DNA from: an uncultured archaeon
GTDB lineage: Archaea; Aenigmatarchaeota; Aenigmatarchaeia; CG10238-14; SCSR01
DNA: 41,473 bases
Direction of reading: 5' to 3'
NCBI GenBank assembly: GCA_964570195.1
Contig: CAZMWU010000002.1
Location: 1 to 41,473 of the forward strand
In this document: piece by piece, positions 28,009 to 36,749 of the stretch
How positions within the stretch are numbered: the stretch's first letter is position 1
How the letters are laid out: each line of letters starts with the position of its first letter
Program-made: the position numbers and the translations under genes
The notes under the pieces: model-generated
What the model was told of the DNA's origin: nothing
Seen by the model: only the letters and a program-made list of their open reading frames with translations
The model's database searches: none

Positions 28009-28152
28009 CGCCTTGGGCGGGATTTTCAGGAACTTTAATTCCATTTGAACCCGCGTATACTCGCGATATTTGGTCGCTCGAAGCCGCTCTGTGTGACCTT
28101 GACAGGGTTATAATCTTTCGATCTTTATCCTAGGCCACTAGACGACCAAGGC
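28009..28152 (-). tRNA. tRNA-Asp(GUC) interrupted by three inferred introns
   Basis: On the minus strand the acceptor is GCCTTGG/CCAAGGC with discriminator G, and the D-arm is GTCT-AGTGGCCTA-GGAT. The anticodon arm is TAACC-CTGTCAA-GGTCA. The T-arm GCGGG...CCCGC is split by a 21-nt insert (28023-28043). The span from 28010 to 28152 is 143 nt against about 73 nt for a mature tRNA. Confidence 0.7.
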
Positions 28153-28196
28153 TTGATTGAATAATATGAAATGCTTGTTTATAAATCTAAAAGAGG

Positions 28197-28312
28197 TAGA
28201 CGACGTGGTGCATTTCCCATGGCTCACGCCATAGTACAGAGCACTACGCTGAACTGTTTGACTTCTGTGTTCGAGATGGGAACAGGTCGTTCCAGTTCGC
28301 TTTGGTCGTCAA
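28197..28312 (-). rRNA. rrf: 5S ribosomal RNA
   Basis: The minus strand reads GACGACCAAAGCG...CCCATCTCGAACACAGAAGTCAAAC...GTACT...GGGAAA...CACGTCGTC. The terminal helix is GACGAC/GTCGTC. The universal loop C, helix III and loop E-type blocks are present. Ends are good to a few nt. Confidence 0.85.
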
Positions 28313-28349
28313 TAAAATAATACTGCATGTGAATGTTTTTAAAGATTTG

Positions 28350-28493
28350 TCCCGACTGGGAGATTTGAACTCCCAACCTCACCGTTTCTGAGCACGTGCT
28401 GAGTTACAGCACCAAATTATTATCATTTTGTACTGCGCTACAGCGGCGCGCTCCACCATTACTCCAGACTAAATCTGTTTGAGCTAAGTCGGG
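28350..28493 (-). tRNA. tRNA-Tyr(GUA) with two introns (D-loop and canonical 37/38)
   Basis: On the minus strand the acceptor is CCCGACT/AGTCGGG (C1-G72) with discriminator A. The D-stem is GCTC/GAGC. The anticodon stem is CGCCG/CGGTG, with loop CTGTAG|A after removing the 52-nt intron (28386-28437). The variable loop is AGGTT and the T-arm is GGGAG-TTCAAAT-CTCCC. A 20-nt D-loop intron lies at 28459-28478. No CCA is encoded. Confidence 0.85.
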
Positions 28494-28516
28494 ATTAATA
28501 GAATAAACATCTTGTT

Positions 28517-28524
28517 AATATAAA
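28517..28524 (-). promoter_or_regulatory. TATA-box-like element upstream of tRNA-Tyr
   Basis: The minus strand reads TTTATATT, 24-31 nt upstream of the tRNA-Tyr 5' end. This is the usual archaeal TATA distance. A/T-rich background reduces specificity. Confidence 0.35.
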
Positions 28525-28528
28525 AACT

Positions 28529-29968
28529 TTATTGTGCCTTGGCCAAAGCCTGCTTAGATATACTCATTCTCTTAACCTTGTGCCTGTCCAAGAAAAACAT
28601 CTGTGCCACTGGCAAGCTTAAATGCCCAACAATATCAACAACAGGCCTTATTCTGTATGTAACAACCCTTTCTTCACCAGATTTCATGGAGCCTATATTC
28701 CACCTCAACTCTGTCCCGTCTGGAACTCTCTTCGCTTTCGGTCTTAACGTATCAAATCTATCAACAACCCTTGCTATCTGCGGCACAACATCAATAATTT
28801 CCACATCCTTGATTTCATGCAGTGCCCTGTTTTTCACTTCAAGTAGAACTAGTATTTCCTTGCCTCTTGTTATTTCGCCTTCGTGTCTTGTCATTTTGCC
28901 AATTCTTGGTTTGGACAACCATCTATATGCCCCATAACCTATTCCCCCTATTAGACCAATTGTCAGCCAAATTCTCCAGATAGCGATTTTATATTCTACA
29001 GTATACTGTCCGCCAGGAGCTAATGCAGGAACAGACCATGTATATACCACACGATTTGCAGACGAGTCGATTGTTGTCGGTTCTATATCCGGATCAAACA
29101 GGCTTTGTGCAAATTTCGGAAGCGATTCTGTTACAGTAAATGCAGGCAGTTCAACATTCCCTTCATTTTTAACTCTCACCGACACAGATGAAAACAAGAC
29201 ATTGTAACCACTGGATTTTGTAGTGTATTCTGTAGGCGTCTGTGTGACAGTGTTAACGTTGAAATTTACTGATTTGGAATATTTTAGTTGGTTTGTCGTG
29301 TCTCTTAGTTCGGTTTCAACCACATAACCTCCCGGTACAGCATATTTGTCTAGAGCAAAACTCTTCGGGACGTTAACAGAAGATTTCGCACCGATAGCAT
29401 CTAAACTCTCCTCAAATGTTTTCACCACAGCAACCCCTTTTCTAACAGCTATTTTTAGGAAATATTTCCCAGATCTAGTCTCTTCAAGATTGAAAACCTT
29501 GACCGCGATTTGAACTTCCTCGCCAGGATTAAGTGTGTACTTTTCTAGTGACATGTCTGGAATGTAAACTGGTGTCTGTCGCTGGATTATTAAAATCAAA
29601 TTCTCGCTATCAGACACAGATTCATAAGACGTCGATTTGGCAGTGACTGTAAATAAAGGCGACAGCAAGTCAGCATCGAGTGCAACAGTCAGGTACATCT
29701 TTACCACCTTTTCTTCGTTTGGTGCAAGGGTTAAAAGAAAGCTTTCTAGATTAGCGGTGACTTTTTCAAATTGAGAAGGAAATAAAGACAATGTAAACGT
29801 GTCCGCCTTATCTTGCATATTTTTTACAATCACATCTACAGTCTGAGTTTCTGCCGTATATCCAATCAAACTACCAGTCGATAATGAGACATCCACTCCT
29901 GCTGCAAATGTTGCTGATAAGCTAATCATGAAAGCGAAGATGAAGGTAGAAATCAGAAGTCTTTTCAT
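28529..29968 (-). CDS. Cell-surface protein with repeated beta-sandwich (CARDB/DUF11-like) regions and an internal transmembrane helix
   Basis: Signal peptide (FAFMISLSATFAAG), then ~320 aa of Val/Thr-rich beta-type sequence. A TM helix (IWRIWLTIGLIGGIGYGAY) follows, then a ~125-aa domain with the pattern V.L.V.N......V.I.D..P. Confidence 0.55.
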   Translation of the reverse strand: MKRLLISTFIFAFMISLSATFAAGVDVSLSTGSLIGYTAETQTVDVIVKNMQDKADTFTLSLFPSQFEKVTANLESFLLTLAPNEEKVVKMYLTVALDADLLSPLFTVTAKSTSYESVSDSENLILIIQRQTPVYIPDMSLEKYTLNPGEEVQIAVKVFNLEETRSGKYFLKIAVRKGVAVVKTFEESLDAIGAKSSVNVPKSFALDKYAVPGGYVVETELRDTTNQLKYSKSVNFNVNTVTQTPTEYTTKSSGYNVLFSSVSVRVKNEGNVELPAFTVTESLPKFAQSLFDPDIEPTTIDSSANRVVYTWSVPALAPGGQYTVEYKIAIWRIWLTIGLIGGIGYGAYRWLSKPRIGKMTRHEGEITRGKEILVLLEVKNRALHEIKDVEIIDVVPQIARVVDRFDTLRPKAKRVPDGTELRWNIGSMKSGEERVVTYRIRPVVDIVGHLSLPVAQMFFLDRHKVKRMSISKQALAKAQ

Positions 29969-30013
29969 AGATTCACTAATAGTATTTTCTTTTCTTTATA
30001 TTTTAAACTTATT

Positions 30014-30637
30014 TTATTCCTTTTTCTTCAGTTTGTCAATAATCTGGTTGACTATCGGTTTGAAGACTTCTTCTTTGGGCCCTATCTGGAAGAGATAGGA
30101 TATATCATACTTTTGCTTGAACTTATTGAACGATGTCATGTGCTCAAAGGATTTCAAATTCTTTTTCTCGGCCTTTTCAAAAGCATATCCCAAAGTAATA
30201 ATTCCGACTGGTCTGAGTTCATTAGGCAATCCGAGAATTGTTTTTACATCGTTCTCATTTAAAGCTCTTATCCAATTGGCGCCTAGTCCTAGAATTTGTG
30301 CTGTGAGCATCATAATTGTTATCGCGCCTGTTGTGTCTTGGATAGAATACAGATATTCTCCTCTCTCTTCGTACTTCAAACTGAACTTCTTCAAATCCGC
30401 GCACACTACAATATCAACAGGGGCGTCTTTGACAACATCCAGTTTAAGTGCGGCTTTATGCAATTGTTTTTTAATTTCAGGATCGCGGATAACAATGAAC
30501 TCCCATCCCTGCAAATTCCCTGCAGAATCGGCATGATTAGCCATGTGAAGAATAACGCCAATCAGCTTGTCGTCAACATCTTTCTTTTCGTATCTTTTCA
30601 CAGTCGTCTGTGTTGTCACAGCGTTGAAAAAATCCAT
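30014..30637 (-). CDS. Nitroreductase-family oxidoreductase
   Basis: N-terminal R.YEKK.V....I..IL..A..A.SAGNLQ.WEF.VI.D, typical of the FMN nitroreductase fold. Confidence 0.75.
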   Translation of the reverse strand: MDFFNAVTTQTTVKRYEKKDVDDKLIGVILHMANHADSAGNLQGWEFIVIRDPEIKKQLHKAALKLDVVKDAPVDIVVCADLKKFSLKYEERGEYLYSIQDTTGAITIMMLTAQILGLGANWIRALNENDVKTILGLPNELRPVGIITLGYAFEKAEKKNLKSFEHMTSFNKFKQKYDISYLFQIGPKEEVFKPIVNQIIDKLKKKE

Positions 30638-30676
30638 TTTACCATTAAATAGTTTGTTAGTTAAATGTAAATCCTT

Positions 30677-30853
30677 TCACGGACTTCTGGTCGAACCGCA
30701 TCTTGTACACACGTATAGCTCAGAGTATTTAGACTCGTCATGCGGAGAAACAACTCTTTTTAAAACCACTTTTTGTTTCTCGTGCGAATTTTTCAAACAG
30801 CTTTCGCAAAGCGAATAGCTCCAGCTATTCGAATAACCGTGACTTAATGCCAT
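30677..30853 (-). CDS. Small zinc-ribbon protein (unknown function)
   Basis: CxxC (CESC) and CxxC (CTRCG) pairs. The ATG at 30853 is preferred over the ORF track's TTG at 30868. Confidence 0.4.
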   Translation of the reverse strand: MALSHGYSNSWSYSLCESCLKNSHEKQKVVLKRVVSPHDESKYSELYVCTRCGSTRSP

Positions 30854-30898
30854 CTTTTGGTCAACCAACCTATAATTGTTTATAGTTTTTCTAAATAA

Positions 30899-32614
30899 AT
30901 GTATTGTATGGAATATTCTATCCTTACCGACAGATATGAGAAGTTGGAGGGGGTATCTTCCAAACTATCAAAAGCAGACATTATAGCAGAGTTTTTAAGA
31001 GAAGTGCCTTCTGACGAATTGCCGAAAATAGTCTTGCTCCTTCAAGGTCTTGTTTATCCGTCATATTCGGAGTATGAGTTGGGTATCGCAACACAAATGA
31101 TGATTAAAGCTATTGCCAAAGCTTCCGGAATTCCTTCTGGAAAGGTAGAAGATATATTCAAGAAAACCGGTGACTTGGGATTGACTGCAGAGCAATGCGT
31201 TAAGGACAAGAGACAATCTAGTTTATTAAAAAAGAAACTCACAGTCGATCACGTCTTTGAAAACTTGCAAAAACTCGCAACTGTTACTGGCGAAGGCTCG
31301 CAAGATAAAAAATTAAATCTTATATCAGAGCTGATAATCTCTGCTCGGCCAAAAGAGGCGCGGTATATTGTGAGAACTATTCTGGGCGAATTGCGCATTG
31401 GCGCAGCCGAAGGTATAATCAGAGATGCAATAGTCAAGGCATTTTTAGTCAATGAAAAATCAAGCAAGGACGACAAAGACAATGCCACCGAAAGTGTGGA
31501 AAATGCATGGAGTCTGATTAACAATTATGGTGAAGTTGCTGCAATAGCCAAGGAAAAAGGAGTTAAGGGCTTGAAAAGAGTTGGAATTCAACTAGGTAAC
31601 CCCCTGCAAGTAATGCTTGGTTTAGCAGCAGAAAAAATTGAGGATGTTGTGAAAGAATTCGGTGAAGTGATTGCAGAATACAAGTATGACGGCATGAGGG
31701 TTGTGATAGAAAAGAAAGGGAATCAGTTCTGGCTCTTCACAAGAAGACAGGAGGATGTAACAAAAAAATTCCCGGACATTGTAGAACTTGCGAAAAAATG
31801 TTTGAAAGCTGAAGATTGCATTGTCGAAGGAGAGGCGTTGGGGGTAAACCCAAAAACTGGATACCCACTACCATTTCAGGCGCTAAGTCAACGAGTGCAC
31901 AGGAAATATGATATAGAAAAGATGGTTAAAGAAATTCCAGTTCAGGTAAATCTTTTCGATGCTGTGTACATCAATGGAAATCCACTTTTCAACGAACCGC
32001 TAACAAAAAGAAGAGATGAACTTTCGAAAATATTGAGACCTGTTGAAGGAAAGTTTCAATTGGCCAAGTCCATCATTACAGGCGATGCTAAAAAATTGGA
32101 AAAGTTCTATCAGGACGCTATTAAAGATAGGCAAGAAGGCCTGATGATGAAAGTTCCTAATTCACCGTATGTCTTTGGCAGACACGTCGGAACAATGTAT
32201 AAAATAAAAGGCGTTATGGAAAGTCTCGATTTGGTTGTCATTGGTGCAACATGGGGGGAGGGTGTAAGAGTCAAGTGGCTAACAAGTTACGAATTGGCAT
32301 GTAGAAATCCCGACACAGGCAAATTTTTAAGTTGCGGTTTCATGTCTACAGGATTAAATGAAGAGGAGTATGAAACAATGACGAAAGAATTGAAAAAATT
32401 GATAGTAGCGGAGAAAGGCAAGGCAATAATAGTAAAACCCAAAATTGTTTTAGAAGTTGCATATCAAGAAATCCAGAAATCCCCTAATTATGAATCGGGT
32501 TTTGGCTTGAGATTCCCGAGATTTGTAAGGGTTCGGGACGATAAAGGGCCGAATGACGCCGACACCATCGAAAGAGTAGATTCCCTGTATAAGAGCCAAG
32601 GAAAGATAGGATAA
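30899..32614 (+). CDS. lig: ATP-dependent DNA ligase
   Basis: Adenylation motif I EYKYDGMRV, plus EGLMMK, and a C-terminal OB-domain block LRFPRFVRVRDDK. Confidence 0.95.
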   Translation: MYCMEYSILTDRYEKLEGVSSKLSKADIIAEFLREVPSDELPKIVLLLQGLVYPSYSEYELGIATQMMIKAIAKASGIPSGKVEDIFKKTGDLGLTAEQCVKDKRQSSLLKKKLTVDHVFENLQKLATVTGEGSQDKKLNLISELIISARPKEARYIVRTILGELRIGAAEGIIRDAIVKAFLVNEKSSKDDKDNATESVENAWSLINNYGEVAAIAKEKGVKGLKRVGIQLGNPLQVMLGLAAEKIEDVVKEFGEVIAEYKYDGMRVVIEKKGNQFWLFTRRQEDVTKKFPDIVELAKKCLKAEDCIVEGEALGVNPKTGYPLPFQALSQRVHRKYDIEKMVKEIPVQVNLFDAVYINGNPLFNEPLTKRRDELSKILRPVEGKFQLAKSIITGDAKKLEKFYQDAIKDRQEGLMMKVPNSPYVFGRHVGTMYKIKGVMESLDLVVIGATWGEGVRVKWLTSYELACRNPDTGKFLSCGFMSTGLNEEEYETMTKELKKLIVAEKGKAIIVKPKIVLEVAYQEIQKSPNYESGFGLRFPRFVRVRDDKGPNDADTIERVDSLYKSQGKIG

Positions 32615-32703
32615 CCTTTTAACCTTTCTCATCCGATTAATTATCGCCAAGTAACAATAATGCTTATAAGCTTGAAATTCAGATTAAAATTAACCGTGAG
32701 AAA

Positions 32704-33522
32704 ATGGCTTTAGCTTCGCAAAAAGTGATGGATGCATTGAAAGGGATAGGATTGAACCTGTACGAAAGAAAACTATGGGTAGCCTTGCTTGCAAGAGGGA
32801 CATCAACAGCAGGCGAACTATCAGAGATTGCTAATGTTCCGAGATCAAGGAGCTATGATATCCTACAGAGCTTGGCTGAAAAGGGATTCGTTGTTGTTCA
32901 GACCGCCAAGCCGTTGAAATACGTTGCAATAAATCCTGCAGAGTCATTGGACAGGGCCAAGAAGAAGATCGAGGAGGACACGCAAACAACTATTGAAAGA
33001 ATTGATGACTTGAAATCTTCACAGATAGTAAAGGAGTTGAATTCTATTTATACGCAAGGGCTGAGCATGGTCTCACCAGAGGAAATAACCGGAGCGCTGA
33101 AAGGAAAATACTCTCTCATGCAGCAAATGACAACAATGTTCAAGATCGCTAACAAAAGAATAAACATCGTCACAACATCCGAAGGATTGGATGACTTGTT
33201 TGAAACCCATTACAATGATTTGAAGCGAGCTGTTGAACGGGGAGTGAAAGTTCAGGTAGCTGTAACCGGACTGGAAAAATCAACCGAAGCTGCCAGAGGG
33301 TTGAGCAACCTAGCCGAAGTAAGAACATTGACAAATAAAGATTTGCCAATAGCAGGAAGATTTACTGTCGTTGACAGTAAGGAGATTGTATTTTCGTTGA
33401 CAGACCACAAAGTCCACGAGACACAACATATGGCTTTCTGGAGCAAAAGCGAACATGCAGCTACGAGCCTGTTAGAGCCTTTATTCAAGATGGTTTGGAG
33501 CAATTCCAAGCCTATGAATTAG
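32704..33522 (+). CDS. TrmB-family transcriptional regulator
   Basis: N-terminal LGL..YE.K.W.ALL..G.STAGELSEIA.VPRSR.YD.L.SL..KGFV, followed by the typical TrmB C-terminal domain length. Confidence 0.8.
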   Translation: MALASQKVMDALKGIGLNLYERKLWVALLARGTSTAGELSEIANVPRSRSYDILQSLAEKGFVVVQTAKPLKYVAINPAESLDRAKKKIEEDTQTTIERIDDLKSSQIVKELNSIYTQGLSMVSPEEITGALKGKYSLMQQMTTMFKIANKRINIVTTSEGLDDLFETHYNDLKRAVERGVKVQVAVTGLEKSTEAARGLSNLAEVRTLTNKDLPIAGRFTVVDSKEIVFSLTDHKVHETQHMAFWSKSEHAATSLLEPLFKMVWSNSKPMN

Positions 33523-35214
33523 TCAATTGAAATTCCTTATTTCATTATTCACTTGTTTTACAAAATCATTTAATTTAACACCGTATTTCACTTTTCCGTC
33601 TCGCGATCTAACAGCAATTGATTTACTCGACTCTTCTTTCTTCCCAATCACAACAACATAAGGAATTTTCTGCAGCTGAGCATTTCTTATCTTATATTCA
33701 ATCGTATGTGATTCGTAAGCCCCTTCTGCTCTTATGCTGCTTTCAGATAATTCTTTTTCAACTGATTTAGCATAATTCACATTCTCTTCTGACAAAGTTG
33801 CTATTTTAACTTGTAATGGTGACAACCAAAGAGGCAAGTTTCCATTTGTCTGTTCGAGAAGATAAGCAATAAACCTTTCATAACTTCCAAGAACAGCCCT
33901 ATGGATTACAATTACTGTATCTTCCTTACCATCCTTTTCCCTGTAAATCAATCCAATTCTTTTAGGAACAACTATGTCAACTTGGGATGTGGCTATGGTT
34001 TCTTCTTTACCAAGAGTATTTTTTATCTGCACGTCGATTTTAGGTCCGTAAAATGCAGCTTCACCCTTCTCCTCTACAAACTTCTGACCAAACTTTTTCA
34101 TGGCTTCTCTTATTTCGTCGCCGGCAAACTCCCATTCTTTCGCATTTCCCGTGAACTTTTCCGGATGTTTTTTGAAATCAGGCAAAGAAAGCCTGAACCA
34201 GTATCCCTTTAATCCCATGATTTTGTAAACTTCTTTGAACAGTTGCAGAACTTTTGTGAATTCGTCCTTTAGCTGGTCTTTTCTCACGTAAATGTGTGCA
34301 TCATTCTGGCAAAATCCAAGCACTCTAATGAGACCATAAGTCACTCCTGATAATTCTTTCCTATAAGTTGTCCCCGCTTCAGCTAAACGCAAAGGCAAAT
34401 CATTGTAGCTTGTTACAAGCTGTCTGAAAATCATATGATGATGAGGGCAATTCATTGGCTTTAGATAATAATCTTCATCCTCTACAATTATCGGCGGATA
34501 CATGGAATCTTGGTAATATGGAAGATGACCTGTCTTCCTGTACAAGTCCCCTTTTGTTATTACAGGAGTATCAACATACTTGTAGCCGTATCTTTGTTCT
34601 ATGGCTCTCATGAACTCTTGCAATCTATGTTTGATAAATTCCCCGTTAGGCATGAAAAGCGGCAGGCCAGCGCCGACTTCGTCTGCGAATGTGAATATCT
34701 TAAGATCTTGTCCGAGTATTCTGTGGTCGTTGGGCGGTAAGTTCTTTCTGTCAAGTATTATCTTTTTGCTTGGAGCCTTTTCTCTTTTAACTTCTACTTT
34801 CGCATCCGCGCCATAGATCTTCGCAGTTTCAGCCAGAGGATGCCCTTTAGTTTTTATATGCAATGACTTTGTCCATCCGAATGGAGCACGATAAGTTTCA
34901 ATTTTCAGCGACTTTGCATAATGCTCCATCTCTCTGATAAGCTTTAACGCATCATTCGGTCTCGCAAGAGTCCTGCTCAAATGTGCAAAAGGATATAGCA
35001 ATATTTTATTTCCCTTGACTTTTCCAAGAAATTCTTTCACGTCATCTACGGCTTTCTTACCAACTGATTCATTATCATTTTCTTCGACAGAAATAAACAA
35101 AACAACTATATCTTCATATCTGTATTTTTTCTTTTCAACATCTTCCGCCTGAGCAATCTCTTTTTGCGTAGGTTCAAATTCTATGAAATCTGCATGCGAC
35201 TGTAATATCCTCAT
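33523..35214 (-). CDS. thrS: Threonyl-tRNA synthetase, archaeal type with N-terminal editing domain
   Basis: Class II motifs (RVLGFCQNDAHIY, HRAVLGSYERFIAYLLE). The N-terminal ~140 aa resembles the archaeal ThrRS editing domain. C-terminal anticodon-binding domain. Confidence 0.88.
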   Translation of the reverse strand: MRILQSHADFIEFEPTQKEIAQAEDVEKKKYRYEDIVVLFISVEENDNESVGKKAVDDVKEFLGKVKGNKILLYPFAHLSRTLARPNDALKLIREMEHYAKSLKIETYRAPFGWTKSLHIKTKGHPLAETAKIYGADAKVEVKREKAPSKKIILDRKNLPPNDHRILGQDLKIFTFADEVGAGLPLFMPNGEFIKHRLQEFMRAIEQRYGYKYVDTPVITKGDLYRKTGHLPYYQDSMYPPIIVEDEDYYLKPMNCPHHHMIFRQLVTSYNDLPLRLAEAGTTYRKELSGVTYGLIRVLGFCQNDAHIYVRKDQLKDEFTKVLQLFKEVYKIMGLKGYWFRLSLPDFKKHPEKFTGNAKEWEFAGDEIREAMKKFGQKFVEEKGEAAFYGPKIDVQIKNTLGKEETIATSQVDIVVPKRIGLIYREKDGKEDTVIVIHRAVLGSYERFIAYLLEQTNGNLPLWLSPLQVKIATLSEENVNYAKSVEKELSESSIRAEGAYESHTIEYKIRNAQLQKIPYVVVIGKKEESSKSIAVRSRDGKVKYGVKLNDFVKQVNNEIRNFN

Positions 35215-35215
35215 G

Positions 35216-35725
35216 TTATCGTCTCTTCTTTGTTCCCAATCCTAGCAATTTCGTCGTATTTATTTTATGCCTTACTTTTGGGTTTTCGTAGAAATATGTT
35301 GCCCTTAACATTCTGGCAGATATGTTGATGAATCTAAAAATTTCAGCGAATCTAGCCAGTCTAGCATCATTAAAAGTATTTGCAATATACCTACCTACGA
35401 GTATACTAGAACTGGTAGATGATGCTGAAATCTGATAGAATCTCTCCAGTACTCTTACAACTAGGAAGAATGGAAAAACTGCGATAATATACGGCCAATA
35501 ATGTTTTAGAAAGCTTGGAATGCTTTTCGCATGTTTGAATTTAAATACGAGATCCAAAAAGAAAACTAGAAGAATCCAAAAATCAACGAGGTCTATCACC
35601 CATATGTAAGGCCTCACAAATTTCAAAAAGAATAATTCTATTATAGTTATCACTACCAGCAAAACAATTGCAACAGGTATCAGACTATCAATGAAGATTT
35701 CAAACTTGGATGCTTTGTTTTGCAT
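35216..35725 (-). CDS. Four-helix membrane protein resembling an isolated voltage-sensor (S1-S4) domain of ion-transport proteins
   Basis: An S2/S3-like block (VIDLVDFWILLVFFLDLVFKF..., WPYIIAVFPFF) and an Arg-periodic S4-like stretch (RLARFAEIFRFINISARMLR). No pore (S5-P-S6) region follows. Confidence 0.45.
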   Translation of the reverse strand: MQNKASKFEIFIDSLIPVAIVLLVVITIIELFFLKFVRPYIWVIDLVDFWILLVFFLDLVFKFKHAKSIPSFLKHYWPYIIAVFPFFLVVRVLERFYQISASSTSSSILVGRYIANTFNDARLARFAEIFRFINISARMLRATYFYENPKVRHKINTTKLLGLGTKKRR

Positions 35726-35838
35726 ATGTTTACTTTGTTAAATTAGATTTATCTATATTATTGAGAAAGTAAGTTTTGAAAGAGCTTCAACCATTTTACA
35801 ACCCGATATTAATTTATCATATCAAATAATTATCAAAC

Positions 35839-35911
35839 AGCCCTGTTGTGTAGTGGTCAAGCATGCGACCCTCTGGAGGTCGAGACAGCGGTTCGAATCC
35901 GCTCGGGGCTA
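35839..35911 (+). tRNA. tRNA-Gln(CUG), no intron
   Basis: The acceptor is AGCCCTG/CGGGGCT (A1-U72). The D-arm is GTGT-AGTGGTCAA-GCAT. The anticodon arm is CGACC-CTCTGGA-GGTCG and the T-arm is AGCGG-TTCGAAT-CCGCT, with discriminator A. No CCA is encoded. Confidence 0.9.
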
Positions 35912-35917
35912 TATAAC

Positions 35918-36730
35918 TTAAAATGATCTCAAACTATCTCGCAATTCTGGTGGTAGCTTATCTACCACTTCGAGACATTTGTATATTGTCAAACGTGAAA
36001 ATTCAGCAAAAGTCTGCGAACTTAAAAGGAAGTATGCGATTCCTCTAGGCGTAAGATAAGGCATCGATCTTACAATATCGAACCCCTTGTCTACAAGTTC
36101 TTTTCCTTTCGGATGAATTACACCATTATGGGTATATTTTTCTATTAATGACCATTTAGCATCATCCCACGTTCTAGTATTAAGAGTAGCGTCTACCATC
36201 ATAGCGTGGAGTTCTTCTAGAGCAAATTGGTCCTCATTTTCAGGTCTACCCTTTACAAGGCGTATTCCATGATGAATATCCTCATGTGGCGTTTCAATTG
36301 CAACGAGTTTTATTGGCATCTCACTCCCTTTTGGATAACACAAATTATTAAAAGTGCCGCCACCACTATTACCGAGGGTTCTCAGTTCTTCTCTAAGGCC
36401 TTCTTTCTCATTTTGAAAAGGTCCGAACCCAACCGTATACCCATCCCAGCGTGGAACTAAAATTGTCGAAGGATATAGATGAAAATAACCATCAATTCCG
36501 TATCTCTCTTGTAGATATTCTCTAGAAAATGTTGTACCTGGACCAGTCGCAAGTTTTGCGCCTTCAAAATGTTCTGGTGTGACGTAGGGGTATCTTGATC
36601 TAAACAATTCTGCTAATTTTCGTCTATTATTATGTGGGGTTGCAACCAAATCAAGATGTTTCTTATACTCTTCTTCCCTTCTTCGAAGGTTTGCAGGATC
36701 AACACGTTCTAGTGTTAACATAAACATCAC
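35918..36730 (-). CDS. Hypothetical protein containing an HExxH motif (HEDIH)
   Basis: 270-aa ORF. ETPHEDIHHG is followed ~20 aa later by EELH, which is gluzincin-like spacing. No other recognisable family features. Confidence 0.4.
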   Translation of the reverse strand: MMFMLTLERVDPANLRRREEEYKKHLDLVATPHNNRRKLAELFRSRYPYVTPEHFEGAKLATGPGTTFSREYLQERYGIDGYFHLYPSTILVPRWDGYTVGFGPFQNEKEGLREELRTLGNSGGGTFNNLCYPKGSEMPIKLVAIETPHEDIHHGIRLVKGRPENEDQFALEELHAMMVDATLNTRTWDDAKWSLIEKYTHNGVIHPKGKELVDKGFDIVRSMPYLTPRGIAYFLLSSQTFAEFSRLTIYKCLEVVDKLPPELRDSLRSF

Positions 36731-36749
36731 TAGCTTGAAGAATTAATAA

